A stretch of DNA of 64,000 nt from NCBI GenBank assembly GCA_044220955.1, contig JBGAQA010000005.1, positions 9,897 through 73,896 of the forward strand, written 5' to 3'. A program made the translations under genes and the position numbers. Shown here one piece after another: positions 7,899 to 16,515 of the stretch. The notes beneath the pieces are model-generated. The model saw only the letters and a list, made by a program, of their open reading frames with translations, did not search any database and was not told where the DNA came from. The stretch's first letter is position 1, and the number at the start of each line of letters is the position of its first letter. The stretch is from Sandaracinaceae bacterium (lineage in GTDB: Bacteria > Myxococcota_A > Polyangia > Polyangiales > Sandaracinaceae).

Positions 7899-9232
7899 TC
7901 GGCGGCTCCGGACATCGGGGCTGCGGGCGCCGCCGCTGCGGACATCGGCACCTCGACACTGTCCCTGGGCTCGACGACGATCTCGAAGCGCCCGTGGTCG
8001 AAGGGCTCGCCCGGCGCTTCCTCGGCCTTCACGACGCGCTCGCGCAGACCCTGCTTGTCGAACTCGAGCGCGCGGTGGTGACAGTACGGGTTGTTCCCCG
8101 CCTTGCCGAAGAGCACGAAGCTCGTCCACGTGCAGCCCGCGCGGCACTCGTCGGCGTAGTAACAGGTACGGCAGAAGCCGCTGAGATCCTCGACGGTGCG
8201 ATCACGCGTGTAGCGCAGCGGCGCCGAGCGCTCCCAGATGTCCTCGAGCGAATTGTCGCGGATGTTCCCGCCGGTCCACGCCTCGGTCGGCAGGGAGGGG
8301 CAGCCCTTGATGGCGCCGTCGGCCTCGATCCCGAGCGTCGAGCGCCCGGCGCCGCACGAGTACATGTGCCCGCGCGGCATGCGCCCGCGCAGCGTCGACT
8401 CGTAGGGCCCGAAGTAGCCGATGTTGTTGCCCGGCCACATCCGCACCTTGAGCTCGTCGCAGCGCTCCTTGAGCTTGCCGAGGCGCGGGAACAGATCGAG
8501 CAAGTCGTAGGGCTGGAGCAGCACCTCGGGCTCGTCGGCGGCGCGGCCCATCGCGACGGTGAGCTGGATCTGCCAGCTGTGCAGGCCCAGCGCGCCGATG
8601 GTCTCGAGCACGCCCTCGAGGTGCGGGATCGAGAGCCGGTTGATCTGCGTGTTGCACGACACCGGGATGCCGACCTCGCGCAGGTTGGCGATCGACTCGA
8701 GCGCCGACCTGTAGGACCCCTGCACGCCGCGCAGGCGGTCGTGCGTCGCCTCGTCCCCGTCGAGCGAGATGCTCGCCGTGCGCAGCCCCGCGTCCTTGGC
8801 CGCGCGCGCGCGCTCCTTGGTGATGCCGCGGCCGCCGCTCGTGAGCAGCGGGATCATCCCGTGGTGCGCGATGCGACGGATGATGTCGGTCCAGTCCTCG
8901 CGCAGGTACGCCTCGCCGCCGATGAGCGAGACCTCCTTCACCTGCATCGCGGCCATCTGATCGACGAGGTCGAGGCACTCCTCGGTCGAGAGCTCCTCGG
9001 GCCGCGCCTTGCCGGCGCGCGAGCCGCAGTGCCGGCACGCGAGGTCGCACGCGAGCGTGATCTCCCAGACCGCGTAGATGGGCCGCACGCGCTCGTCGAT
9101 CGGGCGCGCCTCGTCGGCGAGCGGAAGCTTGCGCTTGGCCGGCTTGGCGAGAGGGGCGAGCGGCAGGTGGCGAGGGCGCGGCGCCTTGGCGAGACGCTCG
9201 CGCTCCTCGGGGCTGATCGGGGAGTTGGCCAT
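7895..9232 (-). CDS. Radical SAM/SPASM peptide/protein maturase, PlpX-like splicease
   Basis: YAVWEITLACDLACRHCGSRAG (CxxxCxxC), LIGGEAYLR, QIQLTVAMGRAAD, PGNNIGYFGPYE; SPASM CGAG...IKGCPSL...CRTCYYADECRAGC...NNPYCHHRAL. Confidence 0.88.
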   Translation of the reverse strand: MANSPISPEERERLAKAPRPRHLPLAPLAKPAKRKLPLADEARPIDERVRPIYAVWEITLACDLACRHCGSRAGKARPEELSTEECLDLVDQMAAMQVKEVSLIGGEAYLREDWTDIIRRIAHHGMIPLLTSGGRGITKERARAAKDAGLRTASISLDGDEATHDRLRGVQGSYRSALESIANLREVGIPVSCNTQINRLSIPHLEGVLETIGALGLHSWQIQLTVAMGRAADEPEVLLQPYDLLDLFPRLGKLKERCDELKVRMWPGNNIGYFGPYESTLRGRMPRGHMYSCGAGRSTLGIEADGAIKGCPSLPTEAWTGGNIRDNSLEDIWERSAPLRYTRDRTVEDLSGFCRTCYYADECRAGCTWTSFVLFGKAGNNPYCHHRALEFDKQGLRERVVKAEEAPGEPFDHGRFEIVVEPRDSVEVPMSAAAAPAAPMSGAAE

Positions 9233-9391
9233 GACGAGAGGGTATCCCCCTCGCGCCGAGCGGAGGGAGCGGACAGAGCGCAGGAGCGAAGCGACGTAGC
9301 GGCGGGAGCGAGCGCAGCGAGGAAGCGGAACGAGGGGCGGGACCCGGTCGGCTCCGCCGAACGGGAGGGGCCGCGTATCGGCCCCGGAAGA

Positions 9392-10150
9392 CTAGAAACG
9401 CCAGCCGAGCGCGATTCGTCCCTCGGGCACGAAGCCGTAGCTCGTGATCGAGCTGGCGATGCGTCCCTCGATCTCCGCGACCGCGGGCGCCTCCTCGCGC
9501 ATCGCGGCCGGCACGTCGAGGTGCGCGCTCGATCCGAGCGTGAAGGTGCCACCGACGCCGATGCGCAGGACGAGGTGGTCCGCGATCACGAAGCGCCAGC
9601 CGAGCTCGGCGCTCATCGCGTGGACCATCACGTGCAGCTGCGTGGTGTCGAACCCGCTGTACGCGAAAGACTGCCCGGTGACCGTCTCGAGCATCCCGCG
9701 CGAGACGGTGGGCTGCGAGTACATGAGCGTGTAGCCAGCGAGGATCTCGAGCCCGGCGTCGGGGACCGGCCGCATGCCGGCCTGCAGACGAAACACCCCC
9801 GCGCTCCCGCCGATGGCCGAGACGAGCGAGCGGGCCCCGGCGGTGCCGCCGTACGCCTGAACGAGCTCGCCGAGCCCGTCCGCGTACGGGTTGCCGCCCG
9901 CCATCACGTCGAGGAGGAACCGGCCCGGCGTCTCGACTCGAACGTTCGCACCGAGCACGGTCGGCGCCGCGGTCGCGACCATCACGTCCACCGCCCACTC
10001 GGACGGGGACAGGACACGCACCGGCGGGGCGAGCTGGTCCGCCCGATCGCCCGGCGCGACGCGCTGCGCCATGGCCGCTCCAGGCGAAAACACGGCGATC
10101 GCGAGCGCCAGGCTCACCGTCCACCGTGCCGAAGCGCGCCAGGGGCTCAT
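9392..10150 (-). CDS. Putative outer-membrane beta-barrel protein
   Basis: Signal peptide, alternating amphipathic strands, C-terminal GRIALGWRF ending in Phe (BAM-type signal). Confidence 0.65.
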   Translation of the reverse strand: MSPWRASARWTVSLALAIAVFSPGAAMAQRVAPGDRADQLAPPVRVLSPSEWAVDVMVATAAPTVLGANVRVETPGRFLLDVMAGGNPYADGLGELVQAYGGTAGARSLVSAIGGSAGVFRLQAGMRPVPDAGLEILAGYTLMYSQPTVSRGMLETVTGQSFAYSGFDTTQLHVMVHAMSAELGWRFVIADHLVLRIGVGGTFTLGSSAHLDVPAAMREEAPAVAEIEGRIASSITSYGFVPEGRIALGWRF

Positions 10151-10267
10151 CGGACGGCGGAGGGAGCAGGCTGCGTGCCACCGGTCAGTGCGAGGGCCGT
10201 TCCGGAAGCGCTGCGTCACCGGGGGTCCGTTGCCCGCACGAGGGCGGGCGTTCGCCGGGCCGCTACG

Positions 10268-10567
10268 TCAGAGCCGGGGACCGCGACCGCGGAGCGCGCT
10301 CCAGACCGAGAGCACGACGAGCTCTTCGCCTCGGACACAGTCGTAGACGTGGAAGCGTGTCTGCGTGAGCAGCAGGCGCCTCGTGCCCCCCCCCCGCGAG
10401 CCGCGGTAGGGCGCTCCGACGTGCGGCGTCTGCTAGAGCAAAGCCAACGCAGCGTCGATCTCGTCCAGGACGAGCTCGGGCGCATCCGTCCGGTGGTCTC
10501 GCCACCAGGCATGCACGCGCTCGATTTCGCGCCGAGCACGCGGCGTGAGCTTCGCTCGAAGCGACAC
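10268..10567 (-). pseudogene. ParE/RelE-family toxin with one in-frame TAG
   Basis: Manual translation from GTG 10567: SLRAKLTPRARREIERVHAWWRDHRTDAPELVLDEIDAALALL*QTPHVGAPY...RRLLLTQTRFHVY...LVVLSVWSALRGRGPRL; stop at 10433-10435. Confidence 0.75.
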
Positions 10568-10572
10568 GACGT

Positions 10573-10836
10573 CTACTTCGTGCGCGAGCGCAGGGATGCG
10601 AGGACCTCTCGCGCGTCCGAGAGTTCACCGCGGTCCGCCTGCGCGTACGACTCCTCGATCGACGCCTCGAGCGCCGCTCGGTCCGCGTGGTCGAGGTCGT
10701 CGTCGACGATCGCGAGGCTCACCACCAGGCCATCCGGCAGATCAGTGGGCTCGTCGACGAGCAAGCGGCCACCCTTCACCCGCGCGCGAACGGGTGCGTC
10801 GTGCTCTTCGACGACGTCCCCGCGCTCGCGGGCCAT
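10573..10836 (-). CDS. Putative antitoxin, upstream partner of the ParE/RelE toxin; start uncertain
   Basis: VRARVKGGRLLVDEPTDLPDG...LEASIEESYAQADRGELSDAREVLASL; acidic; lies directly upstream of the toxin. Confidence 0.65.
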   Translation of the reverse strand: MARERGDVVEEHDAPVRARVKGGRLLVDEPTDLPDGLVVSLAIVDDDLDHADRAALEASIEESYAQADRGELSDAREVLASLRSRTK

Positions 10837-11138
10837 GGCTGCGACTGCCGGCTCCTCTCGCCCATGCACGATGGGGAGCGCGTCCCGCCCGGCGCCGTCG
10901 CAACCGAGGTCGCGCTCTGTTTCCTCTTCGAGGCCGACGTCCTGCCCCACCTCGCGCCGGGTACGGGCTTCCGCCTCTGGGAAGGACGGGTGATCGGGCA
11001 GGGGCGCGTGCTCCGGATCGGCGCGGAGCAGCCATCGCGGGCCTGCATTCCTGCATTCCTCGGCGGGAATTGCAGCGCTTTTCTCGCTTCCGGCCTCGAA
11101 ATACGCCGACCCTCCCGCGCGTAGTCCCGGGAGCCCCC

Positions 11139-11783
11139 ATGCGCGCGTTCGCTTGGCCGTCCCCGCTCCTGCCCCTACCCTCCCTCACCCTGCCCTCGCT
11201 CGAGAGCAGCAGCGGGAGAACGACGCGCCTGCCCAGCCTCGAAGAACGCGCGGCGAGCGGCGACCGGCGGGCCCTCGAGCCCCTGCTGCGCGAGCACGCG
11301 CGCGCGATCTCCGAGCTCTGCCGCTGCCTCGCGGGGCCGGAGGACGGGCGCGACGCCGCGCAGGAGTCGCTCGAGAAGATCGTCGTCTCGATCGCGCGCT
11401 TCGATCCAGCCAAGGGCTCGTTCCGCGCGTGGGCGCTCGCGGTCGCGCGCAACACCTGCCGCGATCGTCTGCGCCGGCGCGGACTCGAGCGCCGGCTCTT
11501 CGTGGCCGAGACCGACGAGCCGATGGACCTGCCCGGCGACCAGCCCGACGTCGAGCGCACCGCGCTCGCCCGCATCGAGTCGGTGCGCCTGGCCGCCGCG
11601 CTCGAGACCTTGCCTGCGCCGATGCGCGCGGCGATCGTCCTGTTCCACGTGCACGAGTCCAGCTACGAGGAGATCGCTGCCGCGCTCGAGGTGCCGATGG
11701 GCACCGTGATGACGTGGCTGCACCGCGGGCGCAAGCGCCTGCGCATCGCGCTCGACGGCGAAGCGCCCGAGGGGGCGTCATGA
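11139..11783 (+). CDS. ECF sigma factor
   Basis: DAAQESL...FDPAKGSFRAWALAVARNTCRD; region 4 SYEEIAAALEVPMGTVMTWLHRGRKRL. Confidence 0.9.
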   Translation: MRAFAWPSPLLPLPSLTLPSLESSSGRTTRLPSLEERAASGDRRALEPLLREHARAISELCRCLAGPEDGRDAAQESLEKIVVSIARFDPAKGSFRAWALAVARNTCRDRLRRRGLERRLFVAETDEPMDLPGDQPDVERTALARIESVRLAAALETLPAPMRAAIVLFHVHESSYEEIAAALEVPMGTVMTWLHRGRKRLRIALDGEAPEGAS

Positions 11784-13483
11784 CGCTCCGCCCGCACGTC
11801 CTCGAGGCGCTCGCGCACGACCGGCTCGATCTGCTCACCGAGCAGGAGGGCGCCGAGGTCGAGGCCCTGCGCGAGCGCGATCCCGCGGCGCTCGAGCGCG
11901 CGATCGCGAGCGCGCGCGAGACCTCGCACGCCTTCACGCGCGCGCTGCCTCGGGCGGTCTCGGACGACGTGGACGTCGACGCGCTGGTCCGCACGGCGCT
12001 CGCGCGGGCCGAGCACGCGAGCGAGCGCGCGTCGGCGCGGACGCTGGCCGTGGGGGCGACCCTCGGCGTGATGCTCGCGGCGATCAGCGGCTCGCTCGCG
12101 CTGGCGATGAGCGAGGGCGGGACGCTCGAGCCGCTGCGCCGCGCCGCCTCGCTCGTGCGCGCGGGGCTGACGCTCTCGCTCGTGACGACGCGCGCGCTCG
12201 ACGGGATCCCCGGAGGCGCGGCCACGATCGCCCTCGTGCTGCTCGCGACGGTGAGCGGGGTCGTGATGCTGGCGCGACGCTTCGACGGCCCGCTGCGCGC
12301 GGCGCTCCCGCTCGTGCTGATCGCCGCGTTCGTCCCCACCTACGCGCACGCCTACGACCTCGAGGGCGTGCTCCCCGCCGATCGCAGCGTGCACGTGGAC
12401 GCCGACCGCATGCCGCGCTCGCAGGTGCTCACGGAGGCCGCGCGCGGCGCCGGGCTGGGGCTCGTGTACACGCTGCCCGACGATCCGCCGGTGACGCTGC
12501 ACGTGCGGCACGTGCCGCTCTCGGAGGTGCTCGAGGCGGTGCTGCCCCCCGACGCCGCCGTGCACGCGACGCCGCGCCTCCTCACGGTGCACGCCTCGCG
12601 CAGCTCGGTGATGCAGCCGCTCGTGGCCGGACCCGAGGTGCCGGGGCGCAGCGTGGAGCTGCACGACGTGATCACGATGGGGGGCGACGCACACGTGGCC
12701 CCCGGCCAGGAGGTCCGCGACGTCGTCACGATGGGGGGCGACGCGACGATCGACGGGCGCACCTACGGCAGCGTCGTGACGATGGGCGGCGACGCGGACG
12801 TCTCGGGCGTTGTCGTCGGCGACGTGGTGACGATGGGCGGCGACATCCACGTGCGCGAGCAGGGGATGGTGCATGGCCGGCTCGACTCGCTCGGCGGCGA
12901 GGTGCGGGTCGATCCACCCGGCGTGTCGGTCGTCCCGACGTCGAGCCTGCCGCCCGCAGCGCTCACCGCGTCGCCCCTGCGCGAGGGCCACGGCGGCGGC
13001 AGCGACGACGAGGGCGGCATCGTGTGGGCGGTGCTGCGCTACTCGCTCCTGTTCCTGGCGGCGATCCTCTTCCTCGGTCTCGCCCCCGAGCGCTTCGGCC
13101 GCGTGCAGCGCGCGATCGTGGAGCGCCCCGTGCGCACGCTCGCGACCGGGATCCTCGGCGTGATCGTGACGGGCGTGGTGATGATCGCGCTCTGCGTGAG
13201 CCTCATCGGCATCCCGGTCGCCCTGGTGCTCGCGATCCCGATGCCCGTGGCCGCGACGGCGGCGCTGGCCGCGATGCTGCCCGTGATCGGCGCGATGATC
13301 CCGACCCGCAAGCTCGACGGGCGCCCGGTCGCGCGCCTGGCGGCGGGAGCGCTCGTGCTCTTCGTGCTCACGCGCATCCCGCTCGTCGGCGGGCTCGCGC
13401 TCGCGCTCGCGCTGCTCGCGGGGCTCGGCGCGCTGGTGCTGACGCGCTTCGGGGCGCGCGACGCCGGGCCTCAGGGCCTCTGA
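11780..13483 (+). CDS. Anti-sigma-like membrane protein with STN-like domain, bactofilin-like beta-helix repeats and C-terminal TM bundle
   Basis: ATGA overlap with the sigma gene; 4x (D/S)V(I/V)TMGGD repeats; several TM helices. Confidence 0.7.
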   Translation: MTLRPHVLEALAHDRLDLLTEQEGAEVEALRERDPAALERAIASARETSHAFTRALPRAVSDDVDVDALVRTALARAEHASERASARTLAVGATLGVMLAAISGSLALAMSEGGTLEPLRRAASLVRAGLTLSLVTTRALDGIPGGAATIALVLLATVSGVVMLARRFDGPLRAALPLVLIAAFVPTYAHAYDLEGVLPADRSVHVDADRMPRSQVLTEAARGAGLGLVYTLPDDPPVTLHVRHVPLSEVLEAVLPPDAAVHATPRLLTVHASRSSVMQPLVAGPEVPGRSVELHDVITMGGDAHVAPGQEVRDVVTMGGDATIDGRTYGSVVTMGGDADVSGVVVGDVVTMGGDIHVREQGMVHGRLDSLGGEVRVDPPGVSVVPTSSLPPAALTASPLREGHGGGSDDEGGIVWAVLRYSLLFLAAILFLGLAPERFGRVQRAIVERPVRTLATGILGVIVTGVVMIALCVSLIGIPVALVLAIPMPVAATAALAAMLPVIGAMIPTRKLDGRPVARLAAGALVLFVLTRIPLVGGLALALALLAGLGALVLTRFGARDAGPQGL

Positions 13484-14421
13484 GGCCGGCTCCCCTCGCC
13501 GATCGTCTCCCACGCCTTGGCCAGACGCTGCACGCGCGCGGAGGTCGCGACCGAGAGCAGCACCCGGTCGCGCTGCCAGCGTGCGTGGAGCGCAGGGTCC
13601 ACGCCCGACCAAGAGGGCTCGATCGCCAGGGCGAGCGCCTTCGACTCCTCGATCACGCCGCCGAGCGCGACGTGCACGGCCGAGGACGAGGGCGGCTCCG
13701 CTGCGAGCGCCCGCGTGGCCACGAGCAGCGCCGTCGCGCGCTCGAGCAGCGCCTTCGGCCAGAGCGCGCGCGCGCCGATCGCGGCGAGCCACGCCCAGAG
13801 CGCCGCGTGCACGTGGAGGTCCTCGGTCGTGCGGAAGGGCTTGAGGTACGCGTCGTAGCCGTCGCCGTGCAGCATGGCGTCGCTCGCGAGGCGCACGCCC
13901 TCGAAGCGGATCGAGGCGTGCGGGATCTCGGGCACGAAGTCCGTGCGCGGTAGCGGCGTGATGGTGACGCCAGGCGCGCGGGTCTCGACTCGCACCACGC
14001 GCAGGCGCGGGCGATCCCCGTGCGGCGCCTCGGAGAGCCGGGCGACGACGAGCACCACGCCACCGTCTGGACCGAGCGTGACCCACTTCTTGGCGCCGGA
14101 GAGGAGGTAGCCGCCGCCCTCGGCGTGCGTGAGCGTCGTCGCGATGGCGCGCGGGTGCGCGCCGCCCTCCTCCGTCGCGGCGAACGAGGCGAGCGTGTCC
14201 GGCGGGAGGCTCGGCACCATGGCCTGCAGGGCCGCGGCGTAGCCCCCGGCGAAGGCGAAGCCGAGTCGGTCCACCTGCGTCGCGCCGGCGATCGCGCGAT
14301 CGATCGGCGCGGCGAACACGGCCGTCCGCGCGCGGTGATCGCGCCACCAGTCGGCGGGCGATTCGAACGCCAGCATCGGGCCGGGCGCCAGGACGGTGCC
14401 GAGGACGAGGTCGAGGGTCAC
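13471..14421 (-). CDS. Acyl-CoA dehydrogenase-family protein
   Basis: SFAATEEGGAHPRAIATTL, LSGAKKWVTLG. Confidence 0.8.
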   Translation of the reverse strand: MTLDLVLGTVLAPGPMLAFESPADWWRDHRARTAVFAAPIDRAIAGATQVDRLGFAFAGGYAAALQAMVPSLPPDTLASFAATEEGGAHPRAIATTLTHAEGGGYLLSGAKKWVTLGPDGGVVLVVARLSEAPHGDRPRLRVVRVETRAPGVTITPLPRTDFVPEIPHASIRFEGVRLASDAMLHGDGYDAYLKPFRTTEDLHVHAALWAWLAAIGARALWPKALLERATALLVATRALAAEPPSSSAVHVALGGVIEESKALALAIEPSWSGVDPALHARWQRDRVLLSVATSARVQRLAKAWETIGEGSRPQRP

Positions 14422-14473
14422 GGCGCGAAGGATGGCCCCGTCGCGTGCGGCGCGCGAGCAGACCCTCGCGCGA

Positions 14474-15397
14474 TCAGCGACACTCGGGCGCGACCCTCCC
14501 GTCGGAGCCGGTGGAGACGAACGCGTCGGCCACGTAGCCGCTCCCGATGAAGTCCCAGAGGCTGGAGGTGCCGTAGGTCCCGCTCACGGCGCTCCCACGG
14601 CGCTGGCACGTGATGCGAACGGTCGCCCCGTCGGCCACCGAGCCCACGATCCGCGCCGTCGTGCTCGCGCTCGCGCGGACGTTCAGGGGCGCGCCGCTCG
14701 TGTGGATGCGCGCGACGACGCCCGTCGCGCCGGCGCTCCCGCCGTCGGAGGGGCAGGCGTTCTGGCTCGTGTAGTTGCGGGTGCCCCAGAAGAACGCCGT
14801 GCGTCCGTGGAAGACGGGCCGCATCACGACGCCGCCGCGGCGCAGCTCGAAGTGCAGGTGCGGTCCGCTCGAGCCGCCGGTGTCACCGACCGCGCCGATG
14901 CGCTCGCCCCGGCCGACGCGCTGTCCGACGCGGACGTACTGCACGCTCAGGTGCGCATAGCGGGTGCGGAAGCCGTCGCCGTGATCGATCTCGATCCAGC
15001 GCCCGTAGCTGGTCGCGCCGAGGTTCTCGACCCGGGTCACGACGCCCGCAGCGGAGGCCACGACGGCATCGCCGACGTCGTTCGCCCGGTTGAAGTCGAT
15101 CGCCAGCGTGGGGCTGTGCGCCGTGCGCGTCTGCCCGGCCCACACCTGACCGCAGGGGAACGGCAGCTCGAAGCTCGAGGCGGTGAGCGCCTCGATCGCC
15201 ACGCCCGCCCCCGCCGGCTCGGTCGTCGCCGTCGCCTCCTCGACGATGGGGCCGTCCTCGATCGGGGGCCCCTCGTCGAGCCACTCCTCGCCGACGAGGG
15301 AGCGTGCCGGGTCGAGCTCCTCGCCGAGCTGCGCGGTGCAGCCGGGGGCGAAGGCCAGGACGATCGAGGCGAGGCGGACGAGCCGGGCGGGCGTCAT
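14474..15397 (-). CDS. M23 metallopeptidase lipoprotein with SH3b-like C-terminal domain
   Basis: Lipobox APGC, AIDFN, TRYAHL, SSGPHLHFE, LNVRASAST. Confidence 0.88.
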   Translation of the reverse strand: MTPARLVRLASIVLAFAPGCTAQLGEELDPARSLVGEEWLDEGPPIEDGPIVEEATATTEPAGAGVAIEALTASSFELPFPCGQVWAGQTRTAHSPTLAIDFNRANDVGDAVVASAAGVVTRVENLGATSYGRWIEIDHGDGFRTRYAHLSVQYVRVGQRVGRGERIGAVGDTGGSSGPHLHFELRRGGVVMRPVFHGRTAFFWGTRNYTSQNACPSDGGSAGATGVVARIHTSGAPLNVRASASTTARIVGSVADGATVRITCQRRGSAVSGTYGTSSLWDFIGSGYVADAFVSTGSDGRVAPECR

Positions 15398-15559
15398 GGG
15401 GCAGGCCGACGCAACGCGGATGCCACGCGACGAACGGCGCCAATGCAGCCTCGAGGCCGCAGCGCGGCTCGAGCTCGGGCCGCGCGCCGATGCGACCCCG
15501 CACAGACCGCCCAGGATCTGGCCGGCGCCCGACGCGCGCGGCGTGCTAGGCGTGGCCGC

Positions 15560-16045
15560 ATGTGGTTCACCCTGCGCGCGCTCCCGCCAGACTACCGATC
15601 GCCCCACCGCTTCGTGATGGTGCGCGAGCTCTCGACGACGCCCGAGAAGCTCTTCGCGCTCCTGGCCGACGCGAGCGAGTGGCCGCGCTGGTTTCCGGAC
15701 ATGCGGCGCGTGACGTGGATCAGCCCCGAGGGCGAGCGCGAGAAGATCGGCGCGGTGCGCCGCGCGGACACGGGCTCGGGAGACGTGTTCGAGCACTTCG
15801 TCGCCTGGGACGCTCCGCGGCGGATGGCCTTCTACGTCGAGAAGATGACGGCGCCGTACGTCAGCGCGTTCTTCGAGGACTACGTCGTCGAGAAGCTCGG
15901 CGAAGATCGCGCGCGCCTCACCTGGACGGTGGCGTTCGAGCCGCGGATGGTGTTCCGCCCGCTGATGTTCGCCATCCGTCCGCGCTTCGCGAAGATGTTC
16001 GACGACGCGGCCGACGCCCTCGTGACCTACGTCGCCGGCCGCTGA
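15560..16045 (+). CDS. SRPBCC/polyketide cyclase-dehydrase family protein
   Basis: PEKLFALLADASEWPRWFP, EHFVAWDAPRRMAF. Confidence 0.85.
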   Translation: MWFTLRALPPDYRSPHRFVMVRELSTTPEKLFALLADASEWPRWFPDMRRVTWISPEGEREKIGAVRRADTGSGDVFEHFVAWDAPRRMAFYVEKMTAPYVSAFFEDYVVEKLGEDRARLTWTVAFEPRMVFRPLMFAIRPRFAKMFDDAADALVTYVAGR

Positions 16046-16118
16046 CGGCGGCGCCGGGGGCCGCTCGCCGCCTCGCGAGCCGTGAACACGACTCGCGAGG
16101 CGCTCGCGTCGCGGCGAG

Positions 16119-16313
16119 TCACTTCTTGCCGAGCATGTCGCCCAGACCGCCGGCCATGCCGGCCAGGCCTGCCGGGACGGCGCCGCCCATCATCCCGGCT
16201 GCGCCCGGGATCTTCGACTGCACCACCTCCATCACCACGTCCGCGGCCCGGTTCGCCTGTTCGTCGGTCAGCCCCGCCTTGCTCTTGAGCGCGCCCACGA
16301 TCGTGTCCTTCAT
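16119..16313 (-). CDS. Small hypothetical protein (64 aa)
   Basis: MKDTIVGALKSKAGLTDEQANRAADVV...; RBS-like GAGGG upstream. Confidence 0.7.
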   Translation of the reverse strand: MKDTIVGALKSKAGLTDEQANRAADVVMEVVQSKIPGAAGMMGGAVPAGLAGMAGGLGDMLGKK

Positions 16314-16515
16314 CGTTCGACCCTCGATTCCCGCGCCACGCGCGAGTGGCCGACGCGGCCACGGACGAGAGTCGAGCAAGGGCCGTTCCACGCGTGGGGG
16401 TGCGTTCTCGCGGGGATTCTCACCCCGACTCCGGACGCGAATCGAGGCTGCGACCCACGATGCAAGGCTCGACCCGACGCTCGCGCCGGGCGGGGACGGC
16501 GGGGGCTTCGGCCGA

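Noticed and set aside
7895..9232. PqqE, MftC, ranthipeptide/sactipeptide or heme-biosynthesis assignment for the rSAM
   Set aside because: No pqq, mft, ahb or nir genes nearby; substrate Cys residues lie in the N-terminal part and the repeated feature is YG. Not formally excluded without a phylogeny.
10386..10395. Frameshift at the C10/G10 run in the toxin gene
   Set aside because: Codon-by-codon check shows the frame is preserved; the only lesion is the TAG.
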